Below, piece by piece: positions 1-11,300 of a stretch of 64,000 nucleotides of DNA. The position numbers and the translations under genes were made by a program. Source of the DNA: Lama guanicoe (Eukaryota); the NCBI GenBank assembly GCA_013239625.1, contig MU054400.1, forward strand, positions 2,826,282-2,890,281, given 5' to 3'. Position 1 is the first letter of the stretch. Every line of letters begins with the position of its first letter. Under the pieces are notes generated by a model. The model was given only the letters and a program-made list of their open reading frames with translations. It ran no database searches and was not told the origin of the DNA.

Positions 1-151
1 AGACTTAGCCTCTTCACTTCCTATTGAAAGAGTGAGTTTCCAGATTAAAACCAAATTATGTGCTTTAGCCATTTCAGTATAACAAACACTCTTTCTCTTG
101 GACCTTGAATTTACCCAGACAGTTGAGAAATATTTATTTTCAATGAGATGA

Positions 152-167
152 ATGCCCTCTGGTGGAA
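152..167 (-). promoter_or_regulatory. Candidate CTCF site
   Basis: Reverse complement ttCCACCAGAGGGCAt matches the CTCF core CCASYAGRKGGCR. Confidence 0.45.
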
Positions 168-1924
168 ACATTAGCAAATATTTGCACTTTTGTTATATTT
201 GGGGGGCCCATGTAGGAGTGGGACAAATATATCAACTATAATCATGGGACAATGTAGGGGTATAATTGACATAGCTTAGAGAGTTCTTTATTTCTTTTAA
301 GCATATGCCCCATTTAAGTGCAGTAAATAGAAGATAACATCAAGTTGTAGGGGTCTCTTTTACACTGACTGAAATCAAAAGATTCAACAAGGAGCTAACT
401 AACTCCTTATTATGGTAATTCCTTTAGTGCCTTTCACTTTAACTTGGGAATCTCTTGTCTGGTAAAGTCATTTATAGCAGGGCCATTTGTAATGATTTTT
501 TAATGGAGGACTTTTAGATAATACCTTGGAGGGTGTTTTAAAACTAAATAGTTGTGTAAGAGAGAATTGCTTAAAGGATTATCAGATAACCCGCTAGGAA
601 AAAAAAGGCGAGTGGGAGGGAGGAGCAGGGTTTGGCCTTGAAGTTTCACGGAATGACAACTTTATGTCATCTGTCTCACTAACTGCCAGACAATTCATCT
701 TCAGTTCAACAGGGAACGCTTACCAAACCCAGGACGTGGGCCTGCCAGGACTCCAGTTTTTAGAGGAAGCTTTATTTTGGAAATTTCTAATCTGAACACA
801 TGCAAACTCTAGCTCTCAGAAAACTCTGTAAAATCATTTATAAGGCAGTAGAGAAGAGAGAAAGCAAGGGTTAAGTCTGAGGTTGTGACCCCTCTGTAGG
901 GAACAGAACTGTGAGGAGAGCAGAGGCTGGTTGCATGTTCTTTTGGGTTCCCCTCTGCCCAGTTGGTACCTCGTTCTACTATGACTGTAGCTCAGGCAGG
1001 ATAACTGTAGCTTGTGCTGCTTCTGCATTTTTCCCATTTGGATGGAGCCTTTGGATGTGAAAAAAAAAATCATCAAGGACCATCTTGTGTTGAAAGATGA
1101 TGTTCTGCATACTTAATAGGCTGAATCACCCTTTCCCTTTTCAGATACAGCTCATGTCCATTAAGCTGTGGATGTGGATGATAAATACCCCGGTACTTGT
1201 CATATCACCAAGTGTCACATTTTCTGAGGCTGTGGCTTTCTCTGCCTCAGCGTTTGTAAGGGCTTGCACTCTGGAGTGAAACAGCCCAACCTGACTTTGT
1301 CCGTTAACTTGCAAGTACTTACAGGTACAGGGACAGCTTCGTTAGAATTGACTTCTGGAGAAATTATTTTTCATAAGCCAATGCCTTTAATCAAGCTCTG
1401 ATGCTTAAACCAGTGTGTTAGCCACTGGTTTGTATCCTGAAATGGATGGGAATGGGGACTTGACTTCCTTGGTGTGAAAGGTAGATCATCTAGGAGAGTC
1501 CAAGAAAGGCTTGCTGAAGCTTCTGGGAGATCTGCAAGAGCTTCTCCGCTAAATGCATGACTGTTGTCTTCCTATGAACACCCTCACACTGGCCCCCAAC
1601 CCCAATGTGAGAGACCATTAAAAAGTCTAATGGAATAAACACTCCTGATGACATTTCCTGTCATAGGTGTTTATTTAGGAAATGATGAGCAGCCTAAGAA
1701 GGGACATTTTTGTTGTACAGGAATTGACTGTCTCTTCATGACAATAGTAGTCTTTATCTTAATGTATTTTGTTGAAATCGTTTTGGATCCTAAACAGTGT
1801 TACCTGCCATGATCACTCCCATTGTTTACTCAGCTTGGCTCTGAATGAGTCTTAGCTATTTCTCTGAGTCACATTCACCCCCAGAAGCTGGATGTTTACT
1901 GTCATCCCTTCCTACTTACCTTTA

Positions 1925-2530
1925 TTCATTTACAAACATGTGTCTATATTAAGCATTGGGTCAGATGGTTCCAACCCCAAGGAGCATATACTTTACTGGA
2001 CAGTGTCATCAGTGGACGATTAAATGTAATTGGAAAGGTGCGTTGAGAGAGGGTAAGTGCTGGTTGTTATGGGAGTCCTGAAGAGAAAAATCTAAAGTAG
2101 CCTAGAAATTGGTCCTAAAGATGAAGGCTGGAGGGGGCTTAGGAGCTGGCAGGCAGAGTGTGAGAATTGGAGGGGCGAGGAGAAAGAGGATGGGAAGATT
2201 TCAGGTAGACATTTCCTGTCCCAAGACCTGAATGTATCAGGATACTTGTGGCATTCATACATTTTCAAGGACTTTGGTTTGGCTGAGCAGAGAATGGGTG
2301 TAGAGAATTGGGCAGAGAGACTGGAGGGCAGTTAGAGAGACCACCTTGGAGGCTCTTGGGTACCCTTAAGGAGGGAATTTTTCCCACAGGATTTTGTGTA
2401 GGGGAAGCATCTTAATGATGTATATGTTGTAGAAAGAACCCTGGGGGGCAGTGAGAAGAGTAGGCTGGAGGGCCAGGGAGCGGGACTGGAGGTGGGATGG
2501 TCAACAGGGTTGACTGAGTTTAAGTCATTC
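1925..2530 (-). mobile_element. L2 LINE remnant
   Basis: ttattcatttacaaacat... followed by a purine-rich stretch with L2-like blocks (ggctgagcagagaatggg, ggggaagcatcttaatg, gaaagaaccctgggggcagtg). Confidence 0.55.
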
Positions 2531-3940
2531 AAACTATTAGCGGGTTTTCAGGGTAAGATTTAAAAAACAAGTTCCAGAAATGTAGGCAAAGGCGGCACGG
2601 TTGAAGGAGGCAGTGTGGTCTGATGGGCTCAGGCCCCAGTGCGGAGGTTACTGGTTGTGTGGCTTCCGTGAGGTCTCCTCACCTCGCTTGGCTGGCTTTC
2701 CCTTTTCTGCCTGATGGGAGTGGTGCTTCTTCTTCCGGGTGTGTCGTGAGAGGGAAACGAAGTTGTACATGTTAAATGTGTAGAGTTTGATAGCTACTCT
2801 TGAAAGCGTGTGTGTGTCTGCGTGTGCCATGAAGAGAGAAAGGGAGGACCTGCATTCAGAGGTTATGTAACACTGTTCATTTATGTGCTACACACTCAAC
2901 AAATACTCCTTTAGTGCTTGCCATGTGCACGGTCCCAGACCAGGACTCTGTTCCTCTCAGTGACGTCTCCTGGGGAGTGGGGACAGAAAGTGTTTAATAA
3001 TTGATGTTCATCGACTAATTGGTGTTCACATATGATGAAAAATGTGTCCAATATCCAGTGCAAATCAAAATACTAGAACTCCACTCTTCTGCGTTATTAA
3101 TATTTTAATTCAGATCAATTGGGGAAAATGACCCTTCGGGGGCTTTATTCATATCTTACTGAGTATTTTTTCCTCCTCACAATTTAGTTACTTTGGGGAC
3201 TGGATGTTTATAAAATGTCTGGTGAACCCCTTTATATAGTAGAATCCATTTTCTCTAGGAGGTTGGATAAGTAGAGAGAGGAACCGGAGAGTCATAAATC
3301 CTATTTAATTCGAGTTCATGCATTTCAGGAGAGAAAGCCCCTTCTTTATCCTCTCATTGTATTTCTCCTGAGACCTATAAACAGATGGTGTTAGCAGCGA
3401 TTTAAAAATGCAAATCACATCACAGAAGCTTTAGAAAGGATTGTCCCCACTTCTTCTCCCCCATTTAAACAACAAGAATGGTAAACCCCCAACCAAAATC
3501 TTGTTCCGTGGGTCAAAACCAGTCATTTCTTGGAATAGGTTGACTGCACCAGTCCAGCAATCTTTGTCATCCACCCTGGTTGGAAAACAGGATCTGTTTT
3601 TTGAATCTAATGAGTGTTTTTCGTTGACTCATTAAATGTTTGTGAAGGACCTGCTCTGTGTGTACATGGAGAAAGGAGTGTGGTTATGAGGCTAAATAAA
3701 TAGTAGCCCTTGCAGTCAAGTGGCTTCTGAATGACCCAAGGTCAGCGTAACTCATTTTTGAGAAGAGGGACAGAGGTACTGCTGTGGGCCTTCAGAGAGA
3801 AATATTACTTCTTGCTCATGCTGTCAGAGATGCTTTCCTAGAAGAACTGGTTTCCAGTTGGGCCTTCAAAATGCTGGCCTACAGAACCTTCAAGTTTGAG
3901 AAAAACCTAATTAGACAGTATTTATTGCATATGCTTTTTA

Positions 3941-4152
3941 AAATTCTTATTTTTTATTGAAGTGTTGTTGGTTTACAGTGTTAGTTTCAGTTGTATAGCA
4001 AAGCGATTCAGTTATACACATACATACTACTATGTGTGTGTGTGTGTTTATGTGTGTGTATATATATATATATAATTTTCGAATTCTTTTCCATTACAGC
4101 TCATTACAAGAAATTGAATATAGTTCCCTGTGCCACACAGTAAGTCCTTGTG
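3941..4152 (-). mobile_element. Older L1 3'-end fragment containing a (TG)n(TA)n microsatellite
   Basis: ttattgaagtgttgttggtttacagtgttagtttcag...gaatatagttccctgtgc...gtccttg is an L1 3'UTR similar to the copies at 14903-15510 and 59103-59530. Degenerate TSD gcatatgcttttta (3927-3940) / gcagatgattttta (4153-4166). Confidence 0.85.
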
Positions 4153-4669
4153 GCAGATGATTTTTAATTGTATATTGTGCCTATTTTTTTCCTATGAGGT
4201 TTGTATTCATTCTTTAATAACTTAAACTACATTAGAAAAGTGTCCTTGGAAGGCAGTCGTTGTTGGACTGACTGTTCTGAAAACATCAATTTGGAAAGTC
4301 AGGGAAAGCTAATCATTGCAGACAAAGGATGAACTGAGGTTTCTTTCATTCCCAGCCAAATCTGTGACTTACACACAAGCCCCATGCCATCAGAGCCTCT
4401 CCCCTGGCGGTGTGCACCAGAATTTATTGCAACTTTGGTGTGAAAGGAACTGAGAAATCTTTTAGAAACACGACCCGAGAATTCCAGAAGTCACACATGC
4501 TTTTGTACAAAACCAAGGAAACCACTGTAGAGTCACAGTGTGACCCCTCAATCTTTTATATTGTTCCCTGCCAACCCCATCCCTTCTCAGAGTCTCACAT
4601 TCCCAGACTCCACTGGGAATGGTCAAGTTCATAGAATGCCTCTCTTCCTTAAAATTACCACCACCATAA

Positions 4670-4855
4670 CAGTAGCTATCAAATTTTGAGCATTTGCTTG
4701 ATTCCAGACATGTTTCCGTACTTTATATGTATTGTCTCATCTGATACCCTCCACAACCTCCTGAGTTAGACGAGGAAGCACTGATAAGGAAACTGAGATA
4801 CAAAGATGAAGTAACTTGCCTGTTACGTGGTGATACCAGGATCCAAATCTGGGCA
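4670..4855 (-). mobile_element. MIR SINE
   Basis: ttgagcatttgc...cacaacctcctgag...gataaggaaactgagatacaaagatgaagtaacttgcc...ccaggatccaaatct. Confidence 0.75.
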
Positions 4856-5799
4856 GATATCAGTTACCCATTTTCAGTGATGTTCAGTACTAGTATTATT
4901 TCTTTTAGTTATTCTTTTCTGTTTTTTCTTCTTCCCTCCTTTTGTTATTTTGATCCATCTGTCTCTTCTTCTGGTTCCTTTTTCTGTTTTTCTTCAAAAT
5001 AGGATATTCTGTTTTCTTTATCTTTACAGGCTGATCTTTTCATCTTTTTAGCTGAGTAATATCTAACCAGAAAAATGTAAACTTTATGAAGAGAAAGGTG
5101 CTATTTCAAAACTAAAAAAAGGGGCAATGGGAGAGAAGCTTATTTTTGAGAAAGATTTTATGTTGCATATGTTTGAATTACAGGCTTCCAGCTCCCAGAG
5201 CTCATCACGTTTGTGATTGCAAACACCTTGTCTGCTGTAAGGCCTTGTGGACACGCTGGTGGGGCTGGGGGAGGGCTGCTTTCCAACAAGGAGTCGTGGG
5301 CTTCTTGACAAACACGTCTAAAACCTATTCTCAATTTTAATCTCTTTTATGGAAAGTTCATTGTTCCTGGACCAAGGGAGGAACAATTCTATTTCCATGC
5401 TGATCAGATTTCTGGAATTTGCAATGATGCTGCCAAAAACAATGCATATTCAAAATGATTAGGTGCAAAATGATCTCATGTGTAATGATAGGGACAGCTG
5501 AACATGGCCAGCTCAGGAGTCTCAGCCCCAGGACCATGGTTCCTAGACCGAGCTTGTCACTGGCTCCTTACCCATCTGCGACAGGAGGGTGATGAGAGCA
5601 GATCTCTCAGGGAGTTGGGGTTCTGGGGCAAGGTGAAACACTGCTGCCTGAATGGTGTTGACTATACGGTGGGTCTTAATAAAGTCCGTGTGTTTTTTCC
5701 TCACCTCATCTTCTCAAATGTGAAAAGTTAGACAAAACATTGGATTGTCCATTCCAGCGTCCACCCCTTCTTAGCTATGTGACCTGTGGTGAATTTCTT

Positions 5800-7937
5800 T
5801 TTTTTTTTTAACATTTTTTATTGATTTATAATCATTTTACAATGTTGTGTCAAATTCCAGTGTTCAGCACAATTTTTCAGTCATTCATGGACATATACAC
5901 ACTCATTGTTACATTTTTTTCTCTGTGATTTATCATAACATTTTGTGTATATTTCCCTGTGCTATACAGTGTAATCTTGTTTATCTATTCTACAATTTTG
6001 AAATCCCAGTCTATCCCTTCCCACCCTCTACCCCCCTGGTAACCACAAGTCTGTATTCTCTGTCCATGAGTCTTTAGATTCCACATATGAGTGATCTCAT
6101 ATGGTATTTTTCTTTCTCTTTCTGGCTTACTTCACTTAGAATGACATTCTCTAGGAGCATCCATGTTGCTGCAAATGGCGTTATGTTGTCGGTTTTTATG
6201 GCTGAGTAGTATTCCATTGTATAAATATACCACCTCTTCTTTATCCAGTCACCTATTGATGGACATTTAGGCTGTTTCCATGTTTTGGCTATTGTAAATA
6301 GTGCTGCTATGAACATTGGAGTGCAGGTGTCATCCTGAAGTAGATTTCCTTCTGGATACAAGCCCAGGAGTGGGATTCCTGGGTCATATGGTAAGTCTAT
6401 TCCTAGTCTTTTGAGGAATCTCCACACTGTTTTCCATAGTGGCTGCACCAAACTGCATTCCCACCAGCAGTGTAGGAGGGTTCCCCTTTCTCCACAGCCT
6501 CTCCAGCATTTGTCATTTTTGGATTTTTGAATGACGGCCATTCTGACTGGTGTGAGGTGATACCTCATTGTAGTTTTGATTTGCATTTCTCTGATAATTA
6601 GTGATATTGAGCATTTTTTCATGTGCTTTTTGATCATTTGTATGTCTTCCTTGGAGAATTGCTTGTTTAGGTCTTCTGCCCATTTTTGGATTGGGTTGTT
6701 TATTTTTTTCTTATTGAGTCGTATGAGCTGCTTATATATTTTGGAGATCAAGCCTTTGTCGGTTTCACTTGCAAAAATTTTCTCCCATTCCGTAGGTTTT
6801 CTTCTTGTTTTATTTCTGGTTTCCTTTGCTCTGCAGAAGCTTGTAAGTTTCATTAGGTCCCATTTGTTTATTCTTGCTTTTATTTCTTCTAGGAGAAAAT
6901 TTTTGAAATGTATGTCAGATAATGTTTTGCCTATGTTTTCCTCTAGGAGGTTTATTGTATCTTGTCTTATGTTTAAGTCTTTAATCCATTTTGAGTTGAT
7001 TTTTGTATATGGTGTAAGGGTGTGTTCTAGCTTCATTGTTTTACATGCTGCTGTCCAGTTTTCCCAACACCATTTGCTGAAGAGACTGTCTTTATTCCAT
7101 TGTATATTCTTGCCTCCTTTGTCGAAGATGAGTTGACCAAAAGTTTGTGGGTTCATTTCTGGGCTCTCTATTCTGTTCCATTGGTCTATATGTCTGTTTT
7201 GGTACCAATACCATGCTGTCTTGATGACTGTAGCTCTATAGTATTGTCTGAAGTCTGGGAGAGTTATTCCTCCAGCCTCTTTCTTTCTCTTCAGTAATGC
7301 TTTAGCAATTCTAGGTCTTTGATGGTTCCATATAAATTTTATTATGATTTGTTCTAGTTCTGTGAAATATGTCCTGGGTAATTGGATAGGGATTGCATTA
7401 AATCTGTAGATTGCCTTGGGCAGTGTGACCATTTTAACAATATTGATTCTTCCAATCCAAGAGCATGGAATATCTTTCCATTTTTTAAAGTCTTCTTTAA
7501 TTTCCTTCATCAATGGTTTATAGTTTTCTGTGTATAATTCTTTCACCTCCTTGGTTAGATTTATTCCCAGATATTTTATTACTTTGGGTGCTATTTTAAA
7601 GGGGATTGTTTCTTTACTTTCTTTTTCTGTTGATTTATCGTTAGTGTAAAGAAATGCAACTGATTTTTGAACATTAATTTTGTAACCTGCTACCTTGCTG
7701 AATTCTTCAATCAGCTCTAGTAGCTTTTGTGTGGACCTTTTAGGGTTTTCTATATATAGTAACATGTCGTCAGCATATAATGACACTTTTACCTCTTCTT
7801 TTCCAATTTGGATCCCTTTTATTTCTTTCTCTTGCCTGATTGCTGTGGCTAGGACTTCCAGGACTATGTTGAATAGGAGTGGTGATAGTGGGCATCCTTG
7901 TCTTGTCCCAGATTTTAGTGGGAAGCTTTTGAGTTTT
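5800..7937 (-). mobile_element. Young 5'-truncated LINE-1 (3' part of ORF2, 3'UTR, polyA tail)
   Basis: Poly-T run at ~5798-5809 is the polyA tail on the minus strand, followed by an L1-type 3'UTR and ORF2 homology. Perfect 15-bp TSD tgtggtgaatttctt at 5785-5799 and 7938-7952. The reconstructed empty site reads 5'-TT/AAGA-3' on the minus strand, an L1 endonuclease-type site. Confidence 0.98.
6074..7937 (-). CDS. LINE-1 ORF2p C-terminal fragment (partial reverse transcriptase plus C-terminal CCHC zinc knuckle); 5'-truncated, no native start
   Basis: ORF-track 570-aa entry contains [10 protein letters not shown] (RT YADD), KYLGINLTK and [18 protein letters not shown] (CX3CX7HX4C). The frame extends upstream through [23 protein letters not shown] to the truncation point. 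Endonuclease domain is absent. Confidence 0.93.
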
Positions 7938-8109
7938 TGTGGTGAATTTCTTAACGTCTCAAAACCTCTGTTTTCTTAATTGCAAAAAATTATGATAATA
8001 ATTACCCTACTTTGTAGAGTTGTGAGGATTAAATAAGGGATTATCTATAAAACTCTTTCAGAGTGGGTGAGATAGTGTTCAGGGAGGCGATCAGTCTAGC
8101 TCACTAGTC

Positions 8110-8370
8110 AACTGTCAAGCATATTTCTTGGGTTTGAACCCTAGCTTCAGCACCTACTAACTTTGTGAGTTTGTCTGTGTTCCTCAACCTTTCTGTGCCT
8201 CAGTCTTCTCACCTCTTAAAAGGGAATAATCATAATACTACTTAGAAGGCTGTTATGATTAAATGAATTAATACATGTGAAGCATTTAGAAAGACATTAA
8301 CACCAGATATTAGTTATATTATTGTACATAGTAAGCATAAAAATAACATTCAATGTTAATTATTATTAAT
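8110..8370 (+). mobile_element. MIR SINE
   Basis: gggtttgaaccctagcttcagcacctactaactttgtg...ctgtgcctcagtcttctcacctc...gggaataatcataatactac...gattaaatgaattaatacatgtgaagcatttaga. Confidence 0.85.
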
Positions 8371-11300
8371 TTGAATTATTATAATTACCATTATATCATA
8401 TCATATTATCTTTGGAAATGAAAATATTTTATAGAGACCAGTAATAATAACACTTGATAGAAAAATGAAAATTTAATTTTTAAAAATTGGGAAAATGAAA
8501 GGGAAATAAAAATTAAGTTAACAAAAACGTAAATTTGACTGATATGAATCAGATTCATTGAGTCAGTCTGCCATTTTTCAAACCTTTGGCTGAGTGTCTG
8601 TACTACACGCTGGGGCTGTGGAGAGGAGAGGGTCACCCTTGGGAAGTATCTGCTGAATGTCTTTGCTGAAAAGCTAGTCAGAGAGAGCAACGTGACACGC
8701 TGTGCTCAGACTGGGGCTCTCCTGCCCCAGCCTCGGAGACCCAAGGCTGGTTTTATGTAGAAGAGGGCCCTGAGCTTGGCTTTGAAGGGAAGGCAGGGAA
8801 GTGGCAAAGGGAATTCTGTGCTGGAGGGATGAGGGGAGGGTGGGTGTCCTGCAGGAACAGTGTGTGTGCCTGAAACAGAAGATGCATGGGGACAGAGAAG
8901 CGTCAAGTACCGTCCAGGTGGACTGACCAAGGGCAGGTGGCAGAGAGGGAGAGGGAAGGAGAGGGTGGCCTGGGATGCACTGGTTCCTGTAGGGAACCTG
9001 GAGTGGACGTTAGGTGGGAGAAGGGCTTTGTCAGACTTGGGAGCTACTGTGAGTTGAGTGCAGCGCTCAGGTCCTTCCAGAACAGGGGTCTGTTTCCCAG
9101 CAGGGAGAAACAAACCAGAGAACACAGACCAGAGACCTGGATTGGAAGGTGTAGCCATAGGTGAGCTTCCAGAGAATGAGGAACAGAATGCCCTGTAGAC
9201 AAGAGAACTGTGCCGGGGGAAGGGCAGAAATGGCCAGCCTGAGGCTCGAAGGGCCTGAAAACGGTATTAGGGAAGTCAAGGGAGTGGAGAAATTTAGAAG
9301 GAGGGGTGCCTACCAGCACTGAAGGCCTCAGCATTGTCAGCTGGAAGAGGCTGGAAAACAGGTCACTGAGAAATTATCGCTGAGGCCTTCGTGGTGGCTG
9401 TGAGGGGCTGCCAGGAGTTGGGGGCCAAGAGGCCCAGATCCAAGCAAGCTGAAGAACGATTAGGTTCTGGCATGGCAGGAGCTGAGGCATCTGCCTCTCG
9501 TGTGACATGAAGGGGAGCAAAGATGCAGGGGACACAGAGGGCCGCTGTGGCCTGTCCTCGGGGGTAGCCTGAGGGAATGACCGCTGGGCGGCCCAGCTTC
9601 ACCCGAGCAGATGGTGAAACCGCGGCGCTGTTGGGGAACAGCCAGGCATCTCAGTGAGGTGAACGGATTAATTGTCGCTGTGCCAGACCTTGATCGCCCA
9701 GGGCTGAGTGTCCAGAGCATTGGCCTCACAGGTGACGAGGCAGAGGGCCTCACTGGCCCGGCCCCTCAGAGGCAGCCGTCACATGTCCACCAACTGCAAA
9801 TGCTGACACTCCGGCTTTAGTTTAGGAATGGCAAAGAAAGACAAGTTTGCATTTTAGAACCTCTGTGTGTCAGCCTGGAAATGGGGGTCAGAGGCTGCCT
9901 CATTTGGATTCCTTGGGGAAACTGAGGCCCAGAGTGACTCTTGGCCTTGCCATGGTCGGCCTGGAGTTGGTGGCAGACTCCAGCCCAGGAGGGCTTGCTT
10001 GCTCCTGCAGACTCCAGAGCCCCTGCTCCTCCTGCCCCCTCCAAGCCTCCCTCTTCCCTCTTTGCCTCCTGCCTTGTGCCCTGTCTTGTCCTCTGGCACC
10101 AGATTATCAGTCAGGCTCACCCTAACCCTGAACTTTCTTCCCCCTTTTCCATCTTCCTACCTAGAGCAGTACTTGCTACTGTCCTCCTAGGGTCTTGTTA
10201 GGTGATTGGTTAATAAAATAGCTTATATACTAGGATGGAAGAAGATGCGGTGGATATGACATTCTATTCCTCCCAGGCAATACAGTTGCATCTTTAATAA
10301 GGGTTTCTCCCCAGTGCATAAGCACACTCTCAGTTTGTAAATCTGGTCTAGATGCCAGTGTCAATACTCCATCAAAGAAAACTTTTAGCTAGAAACATGA
10401 AGTCAGGCAAACTTTTAGTTACGTATCAGGTGCCTAAAGTCTCTTCTTGTCTGTTACCTTCTTAATAAATTTCTAAGGGAAACTTAACCATCAGCCCCAC
10501 AAAAGGAGCAAAAATAGTATATCTTTCCAAGGCAGTTATTCAGTGGATGGTGGATAAATTTTCTCTTGGCTATTTTAAGTAGTGGGTGAAAGAAAATTGA
10601 GCTTCCTTCTCGAACATGTTGACAGAAGAAATGTTACCGTTTCCCACCAAGTGTAAGGATGCGGATTCCTGGCTTGGGTGAGGGACGGGGGAGTTGAATA
10701 GAAGAACATAAAAGGAGTGCATTAATGATTTAGAAGACGGCTTCATTTCCCTACCTCTGTAACAGAGAAACAGAGCATGATCAATACTCTCAAGGTCACT
10801 CAAGGTTGATATTTGCTGTGTCAGCTAGTCTTTTTTAGAGTTTCTAAAATCATCCTGTGCATCCATCCTGAAAGGTCTGACTAGATGCAGTGCAGGGAGA
10901 TAAGGTTTTGAGGGTGGGGCCAGTGACGTACTGGAGAGGGTTTGGGTCTGTGTAGTGGATAATGAAGGGAAATCAACAGTACAATTTTAAGGAGCTGAAA
11001 GATTAATTTACTTCAAGATAGAAATTAAGGGATCAAGAGAGAAACCCCTCTTAAGATTGCCAGTCTGCACAAAGCAATTATTACTACTTAAATGAACCCT
11101 GGCTCTAATATGGTTTTATTAATCAGTGTGTTTTCTCTTAGGTTATTTCCTTGTCATATTTTAGTTGCTCTTTTCTTTCCAATGTAACATTGCCCCTCTA
11201 GGGATTTTCCTAGTAGTGTCTTATCGTATTCTATTTATTTACTTTAGTATTTATTGGCTAAGGTGAGCTTTTAGACTAAAGACTCTCTGACTTACTAATG

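Larger units (their letters stand above)
5740..8065 (+). mobile_element. MIR SINE split by the young L1 (halves ~5740-5799 and ~7953-8065)
   Basis: Removing the L1 and one TSD rejoins ttagctatgtgacctgtggtgaatttcttaacgtctcaaaacctctgttttcttaattgcaaaaaattatgataataattaccctactttgtagagttgtgaggattaaat, which is the MIR core. Confidence 0.85.

Noticed and set aside
4091..4102. ccattacagctc identical to part of the TSD at 59089/59531
   Set aside because: A 12-bp match 55 kb apart inside a mutated L1 3'UTR; compatible with chance.
6576..7979. Plus-strand ORFs of 186, 65 and 94 aa overlapping the L1
   Set aside because: Antisense shadows of L1 ORF2; no independent evidence of coding.
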